Source: an uncultured Actinomycetes bacterium (GTDB lineage: Bacteria; Actinomycetota; UBA4738; JBBDTT01). Taken from it: a stretch of 64,000 bases of DNA. Numbering within the stretch: the first letter of the stretch is position 1; every line of letters begins with the position of its first letter. The DNA is taken from assembly GCA_963742735.1 (NCBI GenBank), contig CAVUMN010000004.1, forward strand, positions 1,184,001 through 1,248,000, written 5' to 3'. Below, one piece after another: positions 61,637 to 64,000 of this stretch. The notes below the pieces were generated by a model. It saw only the letters and a list, made by a program, of their open reading frames with translations, made no database searches and was not told the origin of the DNA. The translations under genes were made by a program, and so were the position numbers.

Positions 61637-63594
61637 CCCCCGGCTCGCGCGCCGGCCGCCGGGGGGATCGGCGCGTCCAGGTACGCGCGCGCCCACATCT
61701 CGAGCCCGAGCAGGAGCCAGATCCGGTAGGTGTGGTCGGCCGCGCCGCTCTGGTGCTCGGCGACGATTCGGCCGGCCTCCGCCGGATCGAGCCATCCCCT
61801 GGCTCGGAGGCGGCCGGCGGACAGCGTGTCCGTGACCACGTCGCGCAGGTCGTTGCGGAGCCACGACCGAACGGGGGCCCCGAACCCCGCCTTGCGGCGC
61901 AGGACCACCTCGTGGGGGATGAACCCGTCCACGGCCCGCCGAAGGACGTGCTTGCCGTGCGCCCCGCGGATCTTGAGGTGGGCGGGGAGGCGGCCGGCCA
62001 GATCGGCGACCGCGTCGTCCAGGTACGGAACGCGAAGCTCGATCGAGGCGGCCATCGAAAGACGGTCCGAGTAGAAGAGGTTCTGGCCCTCCAGGAAGGT
62101 CCGGAGGTCGACGGACAGCGCCCGGTTCAGGAAGTCCCCCCGGGCTTCGGCGAACGCGCCCAGGTGCACCGCGCGCGGGTCCTCGGCCAGCGCCGCGCCG
62201 CGCAGCGCGGGGCCGAGCAGCCGGGAGATCGCCTCGCCGTGGAACTGGTTCGCCGCGCGGAAGGCCACGTACCGAGCGTCACGGCCGAGACCGCCGGTGC
62301 CGAGGATGGTCGACATCGCCCGGTGCACCGCGAGGGTCAGGCCGGGCCGGCCCCACGGGCGGCGGGCCAGACCGGGGAGCCCGGCGACGGCGGAGGCCAC
62401 CGCCCGGCGTGCCGAGGCGGGCAGGCGTTCCAGGATCCTCGCCACCCGGTCGTAGTGGTGGACGCGGTAGCCCGCGAACAGCTCGTCCGCCCCCTGGCCG
62501 GAGAGCAGCACGGTGCATTCCGAGGCCGCCCGCTCGGAGATGAGCAGGGTCAGGATCGCGGCGGGATCACCCAGGGGCTCGTCCAGGTGCCACGCCACCC
62601 GGGGAAGAAGGTGGACGAGGTCCGGCCGCGCCTCCAGCTCGTGGAGCTCGGCGCCGAAGTGCGCGGCCATGCGCCGGGCGAACACCGCGTCCTCGGGGTT
62701 CTGCTCAAGGCGCGCGTCCCGGTCGCGGAACCCGATGGTGTACGCGCGCAGGGGGCCGGACGTCTCGGCGGAGGCCGCGGCGAGCAGGGTGGTGGAGTCG
62801 ATTCCACCGGAGAGGAAGATCCCCACCGGCACGTCGGCGATGAGCTGGCGGCGCACCGCGTCGCGGATCGCGTCGCGGACCTCCAGGGCGGCCTCGACCT
62901 CACCGATCCCGTGGTCCACGCGCGGCTCGGGCCGGGCGATCGGCTCGAGTCGGATGGTGCCGCGACGCCACCGCAGCACGGTGTCGGGGGGCAGGCGCCG
63001 CACCCCGCGCAGGATGGCCTCGTCGCCGGGGACGTAGCCGAAGTCGAGGTACCGGGCGAGGATTACCGGGTCGATCTCGCGGGGGATCCCCGCCGGGAGC
63101 AACCCCTTCATCTCGGACGCGAAGGCGAGCTCGCCGCCGGGCCCCTCCCAGTAGTAGAGGGGCTTCACCCCGAACCGGTCCCGGGCCAGCAGGAGCTCTT
63201 CGGCTTCGGGGTCCCAGAACGCCAGGGCGAACATCCCGTTCAGGCGACTCAGGCCCTTCGCGCCGTGCAGCGTCAGGGCTCGGAGGACCACCTCGGTGTC
63301 GGTGCCTGAGGTGAACGGGGCCTCGTGGCGCAGCTCGGTGCGCAGCTGCTGCCAGTTGTAGACCTCGCCGTTGTAGACCATCGCTCGCCCGTGTTCGAGC
63401 ATCGGCTGGTGGCCGGCGCTGGACAGGTCGAGGATGGCGAGCCTTCGGTAGCCCAGGCCGACGTGCCAGCCCCCGCCGGCGTCGATCCAGTGGGCGCCCT
63501 CGTGATCCGGACCACGATGGGCCTGGATCTGGAGCATCGCGTCCAGGACCTCGGGACGCGGCTCCGGCGCTACGAGGCCCGCGATGCCGCACAC
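61633..63594 (-). CDS. asnB: Asparagine synthase (glutamine-hydrolysing)-type amidotransferase, probably modifying polysaccharide
   Basis: MCGIAG, HRGPD, RRLAILDL, NGEVYN, ARDRFGVKPLY, FLSGGIDS, SGQGADELFAGY. Confidence 0.92.
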   Translation of the reverse strand: MCGIAGLVAPEPRPEVLDAMLQIQAHRGPDHEGAHWIDAGGGWHVGLGYRRLAILDLSSAGHQPMLEHGRAMVYNGEVYNWQQLRTELRHEAPFTSGTDTEVVLRALTLHGAKGLSRLNGMFALAFWDPEAEELLLARDRFGVKPLYYWEGPGGELAFASEMKGLLPAGIPREIDPVILARYLDFGYVPGDEAILRGVRRLPPDTVLRWRRGTIRLEPIARPEPRVDHGIGEVEAALEVRDAIRDAVRRQLIADVPVGIFLSGGIDSTTLLAAASAETSGPLRAYTIGFRDRDARLEQNPEDAVFARRMAAHFGAELHELEARPDLVHLLPRVAWHLDEPLGDPAAILTLLISERAASECTVLLSGQGADELFAGYRVHHYDRVARILERLPASARRAVASAVAGLPGLARRPWGRPGLTLAVHRAMSTILGTGGLGRDARYVAFRAANQFHGEAISRLLGPALRGAALAEDPRAVHLGAFAEARGDFLNRALSVDLRTFLEGQNLFYSDRLSMAASIELRVPYLDDAVADLAGRLPAHLKIRGAHGKHVLRRAVDGFIPHEVVLRRKAGFGAPVRSWLRNDLRDVVTDTLSAGRLRARGWLDPAEAGRIVAEHQSGAADHTYRIWLLLGLEMWARAYLDAPIPPAAGARAGG

Positions 63595-64000
63595 GCGGCC
63601 GCCACTCCTTCCAGCCAGTCGGCCAGCGCCCGGTCGGCATGGGCCTGGGTGTAGCGATCCTCGTACCGAGCTCTGGACGAGGCCGACATCCGAGACCGGA
63701 GCGAGTCGTCACGGATCAGCTCGAGGATCCGGGACGCCAGCGCGGCCGGCTCGGACGTCGGCAGCACGAACCCGCAGATGCCGTCGCGCACGGTCTCGGT
63801 GATCGCACCCTGATCGGTCGTCACGATCGGAAGCCCGGCCGACAGGGCCTCCAGCACCACCCGTGGGTGACCCTCCGATTCCCGGGGCGGGAACAACAGC
63901 GCCCACGAGCTGGACAGCAGCCGGCGCTTCTCCTCGCCCCCCACCGAATCCACGAACCGGATGGCGTCGCCACCCGGCCGGGCCCGTTCGAGCATCTCCG
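63570..64000 (-). CDS. Glycosyltransferase family 4, C-terminal part (gene begins beyond window)
   Basis: EGHPRVVLEALSAGLPIVTT..GAITETV..G..G GT-B motif. Confidence 0.85.
   Translation of the reverse strand, partial: EMLERARPGGDAIRFVDSVGGEEKRRLLSSSWALLFPPRESEGHPRVVLEALSAGLPIVTTDQGAITETVRDGICGFVLPTSEPAALASRILELIRDDSLRSRMSASSRARYEDRYTQAHADRALADWLEGVAAACAASRAS

Overview
GC-rich chromosomal window, most likely from a deep-branching member of the Actinomycetota (inferred from the actinobacterial-type RpoC N-terminal coiled-coil insert, the nuo-nuo2-htpX-yajQ-tRNA(Tyr,Thr,Met)-rpmG-MaoC-secE-nusG gene order, and an RpoB lacking the Mycobacterium-type 'TVPGGVEVPVE' segment). 1-10.2 kb holds the end of a canonical complex I operon (nuoF'-N), followed by a polyprenyl synthase and two lipoproteins. 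A second, separately promoted complex I-like operon (A,B,C,H,I,J,K,L,M,N; no D/E/F/G) spans 12.7-21.7 kb, and its NuoI carries a tethered extra domain. Next come htpX, a probably frameshifted M23 peptidase, yajQ and tRNA-Tyr. A ~3 kb lower-GC islet follows (IS481-like scar, ECF sigma with membrane partner, metzincin protease, truncated ATPase/TPR gene). The core block is tRNA-Thr/Met, rpmG, SDR/MaoC genes, tRNA-Trp, secE, nusG, rplKA, L10 leader, rplJL and rpoBC, interrupted by accessory genes. After rpoC lie two tandem secreted Ca-binding-repeat proteins sharing a near-identical ~700 bp 3' cassette, an acyltransferase, an inositol monophosphatase, and the distal part of a minus-strand surface-polysaccharide locus (GT4, asnB-like, flippase, Wzc-like kinase, DUF4012-like protein, small surface protein). 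No CRISPR array, rRNA or intact mobile element was seen. Start codons were refined by eye. Family calls come from motif recognition, not database searches.
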